Shown: piece after piece, positions 7,446 through 17,283 of the stretch
Numbering within the stretch: position 1 is the stretch's first letter
Layout: each line of letters begins with the position of its first letter
Source of the DNA: an uncultured Alphaproteobacteria bacterium
Lineage (GTDB): Bacteria; Pseudomonadota; Alphaproteobacteria; Dongiales; Dongiaceae
Assembly: GCA_963816235.1 (NCBI GenBank)
Contig: CAWFKD010000011.1
Location: 11,069 to 75,068 of the forward strand
Length of the DNA: 64,000 nucleotides
Direction: 5' to 3'
Notes under the pieces: model-generated
What the model was told of the DNA's origin: nothing
Databases searched by the model: none
The model's input: only the letters and a program-made list of their open reading frames with translations
Position numbers and translations under genes: made by a program

Positions 7446-10094
7446 CTAGAACTCGTCCCAGTTCACCTGTTTCTTCGACATGCCGGCGGTCCGGCGGGAC
7501 GCTCCGGTTGCCGGCCTCTGGGCCTCGGCGGCCGGTACGGCTGCGGGATCCGCTTGCGGAGCCTCTCCGGTGTCGACCTCCGTGGAGAGCCGGCGAGGGA
7601 GTTGCGATTGCAGGGCCCTGGCGCCCTGTGGCTGGGCGGCTTTCCGCAACGCCGATGCACCGGCTTCGAAGAAGCTGATGACCCGGGCAACGCTATCGAC
7701 CTGGGCGTCGACGGATGTCAGGGATGATGTCGACTCCTCCACCAGGGCGGCGTTCTTCTGCGTGACCGATTCCATCTGCGTGACCGAATCGTCCACTTCC
7801 TGCACGCCTGCGGATTGCTCGCGGCTTGCCGAGGCGATTTCCGCAACGATGCCGGCAACCCGCTGCACGGAACCGACGATCTCCGACAGGCTGCTGCCGG
7901 CCTTGTTGACCATCTCGACGCCGGCGCGGACCTGCTGCGAGCTTTCGCTGATCAGCCCCTTGATCTCCTTCGACGCTTGGGAGGAACGCTGGGCCAGGGC
8001 GCGGACTTCCGCTGCGACCACGGCAAAGCCGCGGCCCGCTTCGCCGGCGCGGGCGGCCTCGACGGCGGCGTTCAACGCCAGAAGATTGGTCTGGAAGGCG
8101 ATTTCCTCGATCAAGCCGACGATTTCGGTGATGCGACCGGAGGAGGCTTCGATCTGCCCCATGGCGGCGATGGCATTGGTGGCGACATTGCCGCCGCCTT
8201 CGGCCGCGGCGCGGGCGGTCGCGGCAAGCTGATTTGCCTGCTGGGCATTCTCTGCGTTCTGCTTGATCGTGACCGACAGCTGGCGGATCGCCGCCGCCAT
8301 CTCTTCCAGGCTGGCGACCTGCTCTTCCGTGCGGGAGGACAGATCGGCCGAGCCGCTGGCGAGTTGCGCGGTCGCGGACTTGATGGCGCTGATGCCGTCG
8401 ACCGTCTGGCCGACGATAGCCGACAGCTTGTCGGCGGTGGCGTTGGTATCCTTCTGCAACTGCAGAAGATCGGCCTCGTAGTCGCCGGTGACACGGATTG
8501 AAAGGTCGCCCCGGGCCAGCGCCGACATCATCCGCAGCACTTCGCCGAGCGCCACCTTGATGGTCTCGGCCCAGCGGTTCATGCCCTCGCCGAGCTTCAG
8601 CATCAGGCCGCTCTTGCCCGTCAGGTCGATGCGGCGCGAAAGGTCGCCGGCGGCGGCGGAATCGATCAGTGCCGCGAGCTCTTCCTGGAATTGCAGCTCG
8701 GTATTGCGCAGATCCGCCTCGGCTTTGGCCGCGGCGGCGCGGGCATCGACTTCGGCCTCGAGCCGGTCCTTGGCGAGGGTATTCTGCTTGAAAACCTCGA
8801 CGGCCCGGGCCATGGCGCCCAGTTCGTCGCGGCGTTCGGTGCCTGGGATCTGGACGTCCAGGTCCCGCTTGGTCAGGCGCTCCATGATGTGCGAAAGCTG
8901 CTGGATGGGACGAGTTACCCTGCGCACGATGAAGTAGGCGCATCCGACGGCGACGACAACGCCTGCGCCCATGAGGCCGAGAATCCACGCCAGCCACATG
9001 AGGGCGTCATTGTGAGCCGTCAGCGTCCGTTGTTCGCTGACTTCCGCCGCCGTCAAAAGAAGTTCCAGAAACGTCGCCACCTGAGGCCGCGTTTGATCGG
9101 CCCAGGATTGCGCGTCCATCGGGTAGTTCGGCTTGGGCAAGGTGAACTGTGATTTGTTGGACGCCAGGGCGACAGTGCTCGCCCGCTCGACCTTGAAAAC
9201 CAGGGAGCGGTAGTCCTGGAAATATTGCTTCTCGACTTTTTCGAGCACGGCGCCGATTTTCGGATCGATCTGTCCCGCCTTCATCTGCCACAAGAGCTGG
9301 TACAGCTGATTGATCTGCACGCGCTTGGCGGCATTCTCTTTCTGCATCTGCTCTTGGATCGGCGTTTGCGTGGCAATCGCCTGGGCAATCGCCAAGCGCT
9401 CGCGCTCGGCGATATCCTGCAGGCTCCAGGCAAAATCCCTGATCTGCGCCAGATCCCGCAATGCCGCATCGCTTCCGGCAGATTCGCGGGAGATACGGCG
9501 CCAGGCATTCACCGCACCGTCGATAATCATCGTCGTGTCGGCGACATAGTCCTTGAGCAGCTTGCGGTCGCGCTTCGTGTAGGGCTGCGCCAGCGCGGCG
9601 TCGGCATTCGCGCGGATTGTCGCCAGTTTCTGCAGGTTGTTCCTGACGGCCTTGAACTGCTCGTCATGGGCTTCTGTGGATTGCACGGCGGCGATCCGGT
9701 CCAGTCCCTCGGTCAGCTTCGCATCGGCATCGCGCCGGAAAGTGGCAATTGCAGCAGCGTCTTCGGCCGCAATTGTCCCGTCGCCCTGAAGAGCGTTGTT
9801 CGTCGCCAGCCGCTCTTTGACCAAATCCTGCAGGCCGGTGATGTAGATGTCGGTCGCTTCGTTGAGAACCGCGTACTGCGCGGCGGTGCGGTAAGTCATC
9901 CAGGCGCCGGCTGCCTGCAGTCCCAGCGCCGTGAGTAGAAGAATGGAGAGAAACCCGACCGCGGACAGCAGCAACAGCCGGATCGAAAAGCCGCCCGTCA
10001 GGCGGCTAAGCGACCGGTCCAAGCCCCGGAGTCCTGACTTATCGATTTGCTTTGGAGCCGATTCGACCATGATTGGGACATCGTCCTGCGTCAT
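7446..10094 (-). CDS. methyl-accepting chemotaxis protein (2 TM, large periplasmic domain, HAMP repeats, C-terminal NWDEF)
   Basis: 882 aa. TM1 is [21 protein letters not shown] and TM2 is [23 protein letters not shown]. Signalling hairpin: [42 protein letters not shown]. The protein ends ...KKQVNWDEF. Confidence 0.92.
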   Translation of the reverse strand: MTQDDVPIMVESAPKQIDKSGLRGLDRSLSRLTGGFSIRLLLLSAVGFLSILLLTALGLQAAGAWMTYRTAAQYAVLNEATDIYITGLQDLVKERLATNNALQGDGTIAAEDAAAIATFRRDADAKLTEGLDRIAAVQSTEAHDEQFKAVRNNLQKLATIRANADAALAQPYTKRDRKLLKDYVADTTMIIDGAVNAWRRISRESAGSDAALRDLAQIRDFAWSLQDIAERERLAIAQAIATQTPIQEQMQKENAAKRVQINQLYQLLWQMKAGQIDPKIGAVLEKVEKQYFQDYRSLVFKVERASTVALASNKSQFTLPKPNYPMDAQSWADQTRPQVATFLELLLTAAEVSEQRTLTAHNDALMWLAWILGLMGAGVVVAVGCAYFIVRRVTRPIQQLSHIMERLTKRDLDVQIPGTERRDELGAMARAVEVFKQNTLAKDRLEAEVDARAAAAKAEADLRNTELQFQEELAALIDSAAAGDLSRRIDLTGKSGLMLKLGEGMNRWAETIKVALGEVLRMMSALARGDLSIRVTGDYEADLLQLQKDTNATADKLSAIVGQTVDGISAIKSATAQLASGSADLSSRTEEQVASLEEMAAAIRQLSVTIKQNAENAQQANQLAATARAAAEGGGNVATNAIAAMGQIEASSGRITEIVGLIEEIAFQTNLLALNAAVEAARAGEAGRGFAVVAAEVRALAQRSSQASKEIKGLISESSQQVRAGVEMVNKAGSSLSEIVGSVQRVAGIVAEIASASREQSAGVQEVDDSVTQMESVTQKNAALVEESTSSLTSVDAQVDSVARVISFFEAGASALRKAAQPQGARALQSQLPRRLSTEVDTGEAPQADPAAVPAAEAQRPATGASRRTAGMSKKQVNWDEF

Positions 10095-10140
10095 TGCCCT
10101 CAGCTTCCGTTGAAACCGCGGGGCGTCTGGACGCGCTGAC

Positions 10141-10647
10141 TTAGTTCAGCGCGACCGGCAGGGCGATGCGCTCTGCGGCAACCAGCGCAACCATCTGCTC
10201 ATTGATCGTGACGATGCCTTCCAGGCATTCATGCGCCGAGGCGCCGCTCACATCGGGAACGGCTTTCACTTCCGTCTCGTTCACGGCGACGATATCGGAC
10301 ACCGCATCCACCAGGAGACCGACCAAGCGGGCGCCGATGGCGACAACGATGACGACATGCGCCTTGCTGGCGTCGGTCTGCCCCTGGCCGAAGCGGGCGC
10401 GGACGTCGAGGATCGGCACGATCGAGCCGCGGATATTGATCACGCCCCGGACATAGTCGGGGGTGTTCGGCAGGTTCGTGGTCGGCGACCAGGCGCGGAT
10501 TTCCCGCACCAGCCGGATGTCGACGCCGTAGCTTTCCGCACCGACGCGGAAGCAGACGACCTGGCGCGACAGCGCCTTGTCCTGGGCGTCGCCGACGTCG
10601 GTGAGGCGCATGGGATCGAAAGATGTTTGCGCTTGGGCCATATTCAA
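10141..10647 (-). CDS. cheW: chemotaxis coupling protein CheW
   Basis: 168 aa with the CheW fold signature [20 protein letters not shown]...[22 protein letters not shown]. Confidence 0.9.
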   Translation of the reverse strand: MNMAQAQTSFDPMRLTDVGDAQDKALSRQVVCFRVGAESYGVDIRLVREIRAWSPTTNLPNTPDYVRGVINIRGSIVPILDVRARFGQGQTDASKAHVVIVVAIGARLVGLLVDAVSDIVAVNETEVKAVPDVSGASAHECLEGIVTINEQMVALVAAERIALPVALN

Positions 10648-10659
10648 TGCTCCTTTGCT

Positions 10660-12726
10660 CTAGGCTGCATTCGATACGAGCGGGCTATCGGGCGAAATGC
10701 CGCCGGTCAGCAGCATGCTGACGTCGACGATCAGCGCCACCCGGCCATTGCCGAGGATGGTGGCGCCGCCGATGCCGTGGATCGCATCGTAGTTGGATTC
10801 CAGACTCTTGATGACGACCTGCTGCTGGCCGACGATCTCATCGACCACCAGGCCGATGCGCATGCTGGCATCGGTTTCGACCAGCATGACCAGCGCTTTC
10901 GAGATATCCGTGTTCGCCTGCTCGACGGCGAATTTGCGGTGCAGATAGACCATCGGCACATATTCGCCGCGCAGCGACAGCACATCGCCGCCGCCGACGA
11001 GCGTGCGCACTTGGCCCGGTTGCGGCCGCAGTGTCTCCACCATGTTGGACAGCGGCACCACATAGGTCTCATCGCCGACGCGCACCACCATGCCATCGAG
11101 CACGGCCAGGGTCAGCGGCAGGGAGAGATAGAAGATCGACTCGATACCCGGCGTCGAGCGGATGGTGATGCGTCCGCCGAGGCGCTGGATGTTCCGGCGC
11201 ACGATGTCCATGCCGACGCCGCGCCCGCTGATGTTGGAAACGGCCGCAGCCGTGGTCAGGCCGGGGGCGAAAATCAGGTTGTCGATCTGCTCGTCGTTGA
11301 GCTGCTGGTCGCGCAGGACGATATCCTTCTCGATCGCCCGCGCCAGGACCTTCTGGCGGTTGATGCCGCGGCCGTCGTCGGCGAGCTGGATCACGATCTT
11401 GCCGCCGATATGGCTGGCGGAGACGCGGATCACGCCCTCGGGCGGCTTGCCCATGGCCATGCGCTCTTCCGGCGTCTCGATGCCGTGGTCGATGGCGTTG
11501 CGGATCATGTGGGTGAGGGGGTCGTGCAGATGCTCGATCACTGTCTTATCGATCTCGGTATCTTCACCGATCATGACCAGCCGGACGCGCTTGCCGGTCT
11601 CGGCGGCGACTTCGCGCACCAGCCGCGGCAGCCGGGCAAACACCAGCTTCACCGGCTGGGCGCGCATCGACATCACGCTCTCCTGGAGATTGCGCGCATG
11701 CTGCGACAGCTCCTGGACGCCGCGGATCAGGCCCGGGAACTTGTCGGTGGGTACCAGGCTCAGCTGTTCATTGAGCATCGCCTGGCTAATGACGAGTTCG
11801 CCGACGAGATTGACCAGCGTATCCAGCTTGTGCAAATCGACGCGAATTGAACTGACGACAGGTGCCGTACCGGACGCGTCATCGCCGTTGGCGGCGGCTT
11901 TCGGCGCAACTTCAGCAGCCGGCTTGGCCGCCCCGTCGCCGCCGCTGCTTTGATCGGCAGCGGCAGCCGGCATCTGCATGGCGCCATTGCTGACAGCCTG
12001 ATCGAGATTGGTGACGGACAGCTCCTCCTCATCGGCGACAAAACTCAGCGTTTCCGCAATCGCCTCGGCCGGCGCTGCTGTTTCCAGCTCGAGCGTCCAG
12101 GTCAGGTAGTTCTTCTTGGGATCGAACTCTTCCAACGCCGGCACGGCGCCGGCGTCGGCAGTCGCCGTCAGGCTGCCGCTCTGGCGCAGCTCGGCAATCA
12201 GCAGCTGAGGCTCGACTCCCCGCTGAAACAGGTCCGGCTTTGGATTGAAGGCGATCCGGAAGTGATGCTTGTCCGCCGGTGCTGGCGTCAGATTGACGCT
12301 GGCAACGGTCGAAACGGCCTGGGGCGCATTGGCTTCCGGTCCGGCATCGGCGCGCAGCACCAGGGCGTCATGCACGGCGCTTTCATGTTTCTCGATCAGT
12401 TCGCCGCCGCTCTGCGCGGCGCGAACCAGGTCGGCGACGATATCGGCGGCCCGCAGAAGAAGACTGATCGTGTCGGCCGTCAGCGTCGCGCTGCCGTTGC
12501 GCAGCTTGTCGAGCAGGGTCTCGAGCGCATGGGCGAAATTGACCAGGCGGCGGTAGCCGAAGGCGCTGGCGCCGCCCTTGATGGAGTGGATGGCGCGGAA
12601 AGCGGCGCGCAATGTCTCGGCATTGCCCCGGCCTTCGTCGAGCGCCATGAGATGGCCCTCGAACTCGCTCAGGACCTCATCGCACTCCTGGAAATAGGTT
12701 TGGCGAAGCTGGGCGATCTCATCCAT
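10660..12726 (-). CDS. cheA: chemotaxis histidine kinase CheA
   Basis: Hpt P1 (FRAIHSIKGGASAFG), dimerisation and HATPase domains (HLHDPLTHMIRNAIDHG, DDGRGIN, GRGVGMD), and a CheW-like P5. There is no C-terminal REC domain. Confidence 0.95.
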   Translation of the reverse strand: MDEIAQLRQTYFQECDEVLSEFEGHLMALDEGRGNAETLRAAFRAIHSIKGGASAFGYRRLVNFAHALETLLDKLRNGSATLTADTISLLLRAADIVADLVRAAQSGGELIEKHESAVHDALVLRADAGPEANAPQAVSTVASVNLTPAPADKHHFRIAFNPKPDLFQRGVEPQLLIAELRQSGSLTATADAGAVPALEEFDPKKNYLTWTLELETAAPAEAIAETLSFVADEEELSVTNLDQAVSNGAMQMPAAAADQSSGGDGAAKPAAEVAPKAAANGDDASGTAPVVSSIRVDLHKLDTLVNLVGELVISQAMLNEQLSLVPTDKFPGLIRGVQELSQHARNLQESVMSMRAQPVKLVFARLPRLVREVAAETGKRVRLVMIGEDTEIDKTVIEHLHDPLTHMIRNAIDHGIETPEERMAMGKPPEGVIRVSASHIGGKIVIQLADDGRGINRQKVLARAIEKDIVLRDQQLNDEQIDNLIFAPGLTTAAAVSNISGRGVGMDIVRRNIQRLGGRITIRSTPGIESIFYLSLPLTLAVLDGMVVRVGDETYVVPLSNMVETLRPQPGQVRTLVGGGDVLSLRGEYVPMVYLHRKFAVEQANTDISKALVMLVETDASMRIGLVVDEIVGQQQVVIKSLESNYDAIHGIGGATILGNGRVALIVDVSMLLTGGISPDSPLVSNAA

Positions 12727-12786
12727 GGCGGTGGCCTGTCCATGAAATGGTCGCAGCGCAGTTTGTCATGCTGTTTGGCCTGCGGC

Positions 12787-13083
12787 TCACTGGCGGATCT
12801 CCCAACTCATCAGGGAGGAGAACAGCCCCAACCCATCGAAGGTAGAGACGAAGACATCGGACGGCCGTTTGATGCAGAACGGCAGATTGTGATTCTGGAA
12901 GCTCTTGGCAGCGGCGAGAAGCGTTTGCGCGCAGACGGTCGACAGAGTCGAAACCTGTTCAGCATCGATCACGACCGGCTTCTTCTGATCCGCGGCGGCC
13001 AGCAGCGATTTGTGCAGATTGCCGAGCGCCCCTGGATCCAGGCGCGCGGGAAGGGCGACGCGGCATTCCGCGCCCTTTGTCAC
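12787..13083 (-). CDS. STAS-domain protein, first gene of the che cluster (CheX/anti-sigma-antagonist-like)
   Basis: 98 aa with a GTG start. The layout is RVALPARLDPGALGNLHKSLL...VVIDAEQVSTLSTVCAQTLLAAAK. This resembles the small STAS proteins that head alphaproteobacterial che operons. Confidence 0.65.
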   Translation of the reverse strand: MTKGAECRVALPARLDPGALGNLHKSLLAAADQKKPVVIDAEQVSTLSTVCAQTLLAAAKSFQNHNLPFCIKRPSDVFVSTFDGLGLFSSLMSWEIRQ

Positions 13084-13315
13084 AACCCATGACTTCTGAT
13101 TTCCGGGACTTGGTCGATCGCATAAATCACCCGCCGACAGCGCGGACGGACTCGTCCCCGCAGCCTTGAACTATCAACCTATATTAATCGGCGAATGATT
13201 GAGGAACTGTTAACCAAGGAGTTGGCAGTTGTCGCGATAAATCAAGTGTCTGGCGGATTTGGCGGCAAGTTCCCGGCCCTTTCCGCGGCCGGTATCGCGA
13301 TCTCTGTGATCGCGG

Positions 13316-14107
13316 CTACGCACCGGCGAGAAACGCCGTCAGGTCGGCGGCGAACTCGACCGGCTTCTCCCATTGCAGGCCATGACCGACGCCGGGATAG
13401 GTCTTGAGCCGGGCCTGGGGCATCAGCCGTTGCAACTCCTGCTGATCGTCCCTGGTGAAATACATGTCGCCGTCGCCATACAGGATCAGGACCGGGCACT
13501 TGATCTCCGCCAGGCGCGCGGCGTGATCCTCGCTCAGCATGCCGGCCATGGCGCCCTGCCAGGATCGTGCCGGTGCCTTGAGTGTCTCCGCGACGATGGC
13601 CTCGAAGACCGCCTCGGGCACGGGGGAGCGGATCTGTTCGCCCTGGGACATCCGGACAAAGGCCGGATCGATCGGGTCGGTCAGGGCATTAATCTCGTCC
13701 ATGACAGTGCCGCCGACGATCGCGCTGTTGGCGGCCGTCGGCGCGGTTCCCACCAGCACCAGCTTGCTGGTTCTTTCCGGATTGCGAACGGCGAAGTAAT
13801 GGGCGATGAGCCCGCCCATTGAATGGCCGACGATCGTCGCCTGGCGGACGCCGATGGCGCCGATGAAGGCTTCCAGGTCCTTCACATAATCAGTCTGTGT
13901 GAATCCAGATGGCGGCTTGTCGGCGTCGCCGAAGCCGCGCTGGCTGACGAAGATGAGCCTGTGGCTCTTCGGCAGATGGGGCAGGGCGGGGTCCCAGATG
14001 CGCCGGGAATCCAGGTAGCCATGCACGAAGACAACCGCCGGTCCTTGCGGATCGCCGCTCTCCGAGTAGTCGAGAGTAATACCCGTGGAGATGGAAATGC
14101 GCGGCAT
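13316..14107 (-). CDS. alpha/beta-fold hydrolase
   Basis: 263 aa with HG oxyanion motif VVFVHGY, nucleophile elbow GHSMGG and C-terminal GHGLQWEKP. Confidence 0.85.
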   Translation of the reverse strand: MPRISISTGITLDYSESGDPQGPAVVFVHGYLDSRRIWDPALPHLPKSHRLIFVSQRGFGDADKPPSGFTQTDYVKDLEAFIGAIGVRQATIVGHSMGGLIAHYFAVRNPERTSKLVLVGTAPTAANSAIVGGTVMDEINALTDPIDPAFVRMSQGEQIRSPVPEAVFEAIVAETLKAPARSWQGAMAGMLSEDHAARLAEIKCPVLILYGDGDMYFTRDDQQELQRLMPQARLKTYPGVGHGLQWEKPVEFAADLTAFLAGA

Positions 14108-14126
14108 GGCCGAGCGCCGGTCCCCG

Positions 14127-14903
14127 TCACTGTCCCAAGGTGTAGGTATAGCCGTCCACCGGCAGCGCCTGGCCGGAGATCCGCGCCCCGGCCTTCGAGC
14201 ACAGGAACAGGATCATGTTGGCGATGTCCTTGGGGTTGATGAAGGTCTTCAGCGCGTTGTACTGCACCATGCTGCTGCGGACCTCGTTGGGCGAGCGGCC
14301 GCTGGCTTTTGCTTCGGCGGCGATCACCCGCTCGATGCGTGCACCCTCAACCGGTCCGGGGCAGATGCAATTGACCCGGATGCCGAACGGCCCCAGCTCC
14401 AGCGCCAGGGACTTGGTCAAGCCGACGATCGCCCATTTGGCCGATGCGTAGGGCGTCCGGCGGGCGAAGCCGAAGATACCGGCCGACGACGACAGATTGA
14501 CGATGCTGCCGGACTGCGTCTTCTTCATGATGGGAATGGCCCGGCGGGTGCAGAGATAAGCGCCGTCCAGATTCACCGCCAATGTCCGCCGCCAATCTTC
14601 GGGCGAGCAGTCCTCGAGATTGGCCGTGGGCCCGGCGATGCCGGCATTGTTCACCAGCACATCGATGCCGCCGAGCGTTTCCATCGCTTCCTTGAACAGC
14701 CGGTCGACGTGATCCTCCGCGGCGACATCGGCGACGGTCGTGCCGATTGCGGGATATGCCGCTTTGAACGCCGCAAGGCCGTCGCTGTCCACATCGCAGA
14801 TATGAAGCTTCGCGCCGGCGGCGAGAAAGGCCTCCGCCGTCGCGCGGCCGATTCCCGTGGCGGCCGCAGTGATGATCACCCGTTTGTTCTCAAGGCCCTT
14901 CAT
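14127..14903 (-). CDS. SDR-family oxidoreductase
   Basis: 258 aa with TAAATGIGRAT (TGxxxGxG), NNAG and YASAK catalytic motifs. Confidence 0.9.
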   Translation of the reverse strand: MKGLENKRVIITAAATGIGRATAEAFLAAGAKLHICDVDSDGLAAFKAAYPAIGTTVADVAAEDHVDRLFKEAMETLGGIDVLVNNAGIAGPTANLEDCSPEDWRRTLAVNLDGAYLCTRRAIPIMKKTQSGSIVNLSSSAGIFGFARRTPYASAKWAIVGLTKSLALELGPFGIRVNCICPGPVEGARIERVIAAEAKASGRSPNEVRSSMVQYNALKTFINPKDIANMILFLCSKAGARISGQALPVDGYTYTLGQ

Positions 14904-14964
14904 CCTGCATCCCCCTTTGAATGAGCGCGGATGCTAGCAGTGCGACCCGGCCGGTCCAGCCGAT

Positions 14965-15777
14965 TCATGCGGGCTGCTTCGGCGCCCGGTGACCGAACAA
15001 TGTCAGCGTCAAAATCGCGCCGAGCACGAGGGCTACGCCAAGGGACTGGATCATCGTCAGTCTTTCCTGCAGCACCACATAAGCGATGGCTATGGTGATC
15101 AGCGGTTCCAGATTGAACAAGCTGGCCACGCGGACCGGGCTGATCAGTCGCAATGACAGCAGCCAGGTGGTGAAGCCGACAACATAGAGGGCGCAGACGC
15201 CCATTGCCGCGGCAACGCCGCCCGCTGTCGTCGGCCAGGCAAGCCCGCCCACGAAAATGAACACGATAGCGACCGCGATCATCATCCAGAGGTTGATGTA
15301 GAAATTCATGGTCATCGGGTCATGGCGCTGCAGCACCGGGCCGGAGAACGTGATGATGAGGGCCATGGCGGTGCCGCCGGCCACGGAACACGCGATGCCG
15401 CGTATATCCAGCGTGTCGAGATTTGGCCCCAGCGCCAGGACCAGACCGGCAAAGGCGACGCAGAGCGCGACAACCTTGAGCGGTGTCAGCCTTTCCCGGC
15501 CGGTGATCGCCGCGAACAGGGCGACGAGCAGGGGAAATGTAAAGAAGATGATCGCCGAGAGCGTCACCGGGATGTAGGCGACCGACGCCAGGTAGCCGAG
15601 CGACATGACGGCCGTCGCCGCCGCTATCCAGAGCGAGCCGCGGAGCCCATCGCGCGACAGCGTCATCGGACGGCCCAGAAATTTGAGCAACAGGCCGATG
15701 ACAATCACGAACACGAGACAACGCACCAATACCAGGGTCTGCGCCGTGGTCCCGGATTCATAGGAGATCTTCGACAA
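14965..15777 (-). CDS. DMT (EamA-type) transporter; N-terminus probably truncated by a frameshift near 15808
   Basis: 270-aa polytopic ORF with a TTG start directly after an in-frame TGA. The adjacent upstream frame reads ...AFWLGTLAAVLTPN, which joins naturally to FFGSITTLSKISYESG... and would supply the missing first helix. Confidence 0.75.
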   Translation of the reverse strand: MSKISYESGTTAQTLVLVRCLVFVIVIGLLLKFLGRPMTLSRDGLRGSLWIAAATAVMSLGYLASVAYIPVTLSAIIFFTFPLLVALFAAITGRERLTPLKVVALCVAFAGLVLALGPNLDTLDIRGIACSVAGGTAMALIITFSGPVLQRHDPMTMNFYINLWMMIAVAIVFIFVGGLAWPTTAGGVAAAMGVCALYVVGFTTWLLSLRLISPVRVASLFNLEPLITIAIAYVVLQERLTMIQSLGVALVLGAILTLTLFGHRAPKQPA

Positions 15778-16072
15778 AGTGGTGATGGAGCCGAAGAAGG
15801 TTGGGCGTCAGGACGGCCGCCAGGGTGCCAAGCCAAAATGCTCGGGCGTGGCTCGGCGCCGGCAGGGTTGCGGGGGCGGTCAGGGCTGTCTCCGGTGGCC
15901 TTTTTGTGGGCTTGATGGCCAGCTTTAGGGGCCGGGGGCAGGCCTGTCCAGGGCTAGACAGGCCGACGCGGCCGATGCCATAGTCCCGCCGCCTCGGACC
16001 GGGAATCATCCAGGGACGGTAAGGGCATAGGGCAGGCGCCGGGCGCCGCACCGACACCACGCTAAGGCCAGC

Positions 16073-16429
16073 ATGAGCTTCGGAACCAAGCTTTTCACCC
16101 GTTTCTTCGGCGAGCTCGTAGGCTCGGACCAGTTCGGCAACCGCTACTACCTGGACCGCCGCACCAAGGGCCAGCAGCGGGAACGCCGCTGGGTCATCTA
16201 TAATGGCGAGGTCGAGGCGTCGCGGGTTCCGCCGGAATGGCATGGCTGGCTGCACCGCACCGTCGTCGAGCCGCCGACGGTGGTCGCGCCGCAGGTGAAG
16301 CCCTGGCAGAAGCCCCATCTGCCCAATCTCACCGGCAGCGCCCAGGCTTATCGGCCGCCGGGCCACACCCTCAAGGGCGGTCACCGCGCCAAGGGCACGG
16401 GCGACTACGAACCCTGGGTGCCGAATTGA
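16073..16429 (+). CDS. NDUFA12-like protein (NADH:ubiquinone oxidoreductase subunit family)
   Basis: 118 aa: FGELVGSDQFGNRYYLDRR...RRWVIYNGEVEASRVPPEWHGWLH, typical of the alphaproteobacterial NDUFA12 family. Confidence 0.85.
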   Translation: MSFGTKLFTRFFGELVGSDQFGNRYYLDRRTKGQQRERRWVIYNGEVEASRVPPEWHGWLHRTVVEPPTVVAPQVKPWQKPHLPNLTGSAQAYRPPGHTLKGGHRAKGTGDYEPWVPN

Positions 16430-16478
16430 GCGATCCCTTGCCTTCTCTGCGCCGCAATCCCCATCGATTTTCCAGACC

Positions 16479-16961
16479 ATGAACCGCAACATCATCGAAA
16501 CGATCATGGGCGCCGTCGTCCTGCTGGTGGCGGTGTTCTTTCTCGCCTTTGCCTATAGCAGCAGCAGCACGGGCGGCGTCGACGGTTACGAGGTCACGGC
16601 GAAGTTCGGCCGGGTGGATGGCCTTGTCAGCGGCAGCGACGTGCGGCTCTCCGGCATCAAGGTCGGCAGCATCGTCGACCAGCGTCTCGATCTCCAGACC
16701 TTCCAGGCTGTCCTGCGCCTCAGCATTCGCGATGACATCAAGCTGCCGACGGACACGGCCGCGCGCATCCTCAGCGACGGCTTGCTGGGCGGCAACTATC
16801 TGTCCCTGGAACCGGGCGGCGCCGATGAGGTCATCGAGGCGGACGGAGAAATTTCCGTCACGCAAGACCCCGTGAATATTGCCGATCTTCTCGGCCGCTT
16901 TGTCTTCGGCAGCGCCGGCGAGAAAAGTAAGCAGGAGACAGACGGCGCGGCGCAGCCTTGA
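16479..16961 (+). CDS. mlaD: outer-membrane lipid asymmetry protein MlaD (MCE domain)
   Basis: 160 aa with an N-terminal TM and the MCE core YEVTAKFGRVDGLVSGSDVRLSGIKVGSIV...LLGGNYLSLEPGG. Confidence 0.85.
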   Translation: MNRNIIETIMGAVVLLVAVFFLAFAYSSSSTGGVDGYEVTAKFGRVDGLVSGSDVRLSGIKVGSIVDQRLDLQTFQAVLRLSIRDDIKLPTDTAARILSDGLLGGNYLSLEPGGADEVIEADGEISVTQDPVNIADLLGRFVFGSAGEKSKQETDGAAQP

Positions 16962-17040
16962 TTAGGGCGCGAAGCCACCCCCATATAAAGGCGATCCGTT
17001 TCCAGTTCCACAATTCGACAGCCAGATTCCGCGCAACGCC

Positions 17041-17283
17041 GTGAGCCAGCAACCGCCCAAGAGCGACTTTCCTGTGTGGCGCCAGCCTGACGGCCAGCCC
17101 GTCTCCTGCGTCGACAAGATCAAGGTGCTGAATGAGAATCTGGCTGAGCTGCAGCAGATCGCGCAGGACGCGCTGGAAGATGCGATCCTGATCGGCTGCG
17201 ACGAGGCGCAGGTGCGCGAAGTCCTGCAGCGGCTGATGAACTCGCTCGAAAATCCCTATCGCAAGCCCGCCGCCAAGACATGA
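17041..17283 (+). CDS. small conserved-looking hypothetical protein
   Basis: 80-aa ORF with a GTG start. Its stop overlaps the next ATG (ATGA), suggesting co-translation with the DUF2155 gene. Confidence 0.45.
   Translation: MSQQPPKSDFPVWRQPDGQPVSCVDKIKVLNENLAELQQIAQDALEDAILIGCDEAQVREVLQRLMNSLENPYRKPAAKT

Noticed and set aside
7693-8997. 434-aa Arg/Pro/Gly-rich ORF on the minus strand
   Set aside because: It is an alternative frame of the MCP gene. The extreme Arg/Gly/Pro composition is typical of off-frame translation of GC-rich coding DNA.
10231-11850. 539-aa ORF on the plus strand
   Set aside because: It lies entirely antisense to cheA. Its composition is dominated by Ala/Asp/Gly/Arg/His, as expected for the reverse frame of a high-GC gene, and it has no domain signatures. 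The same applies to 28870-30840 (+, antisense to rne), 32626-34533 (-, antisense to PBP1A), 45434-47632 (-, antisense to the AsmA-like gene), 35350-36309 (-, antisense to prfB) and 58843-59853 (-).
13140-13215. CtrA-box-like TTAA-N7 half sites (TTAATataggtTGAT, TTAACcaaggaGTTG) in the che upstream region
   Set aside because: In both cases the second half-site is not TTAA. With only half-site matches in an AT-richer spacer, this is not distinguishable from chance.
13223-13236. sigma54-like TGGCAG...TCGC upstream of the che cluster
   Set aside because: The GG-to-GC spacing is 8 nt instead of 10, and the element is on the plus strand, pointing away from the che genes.
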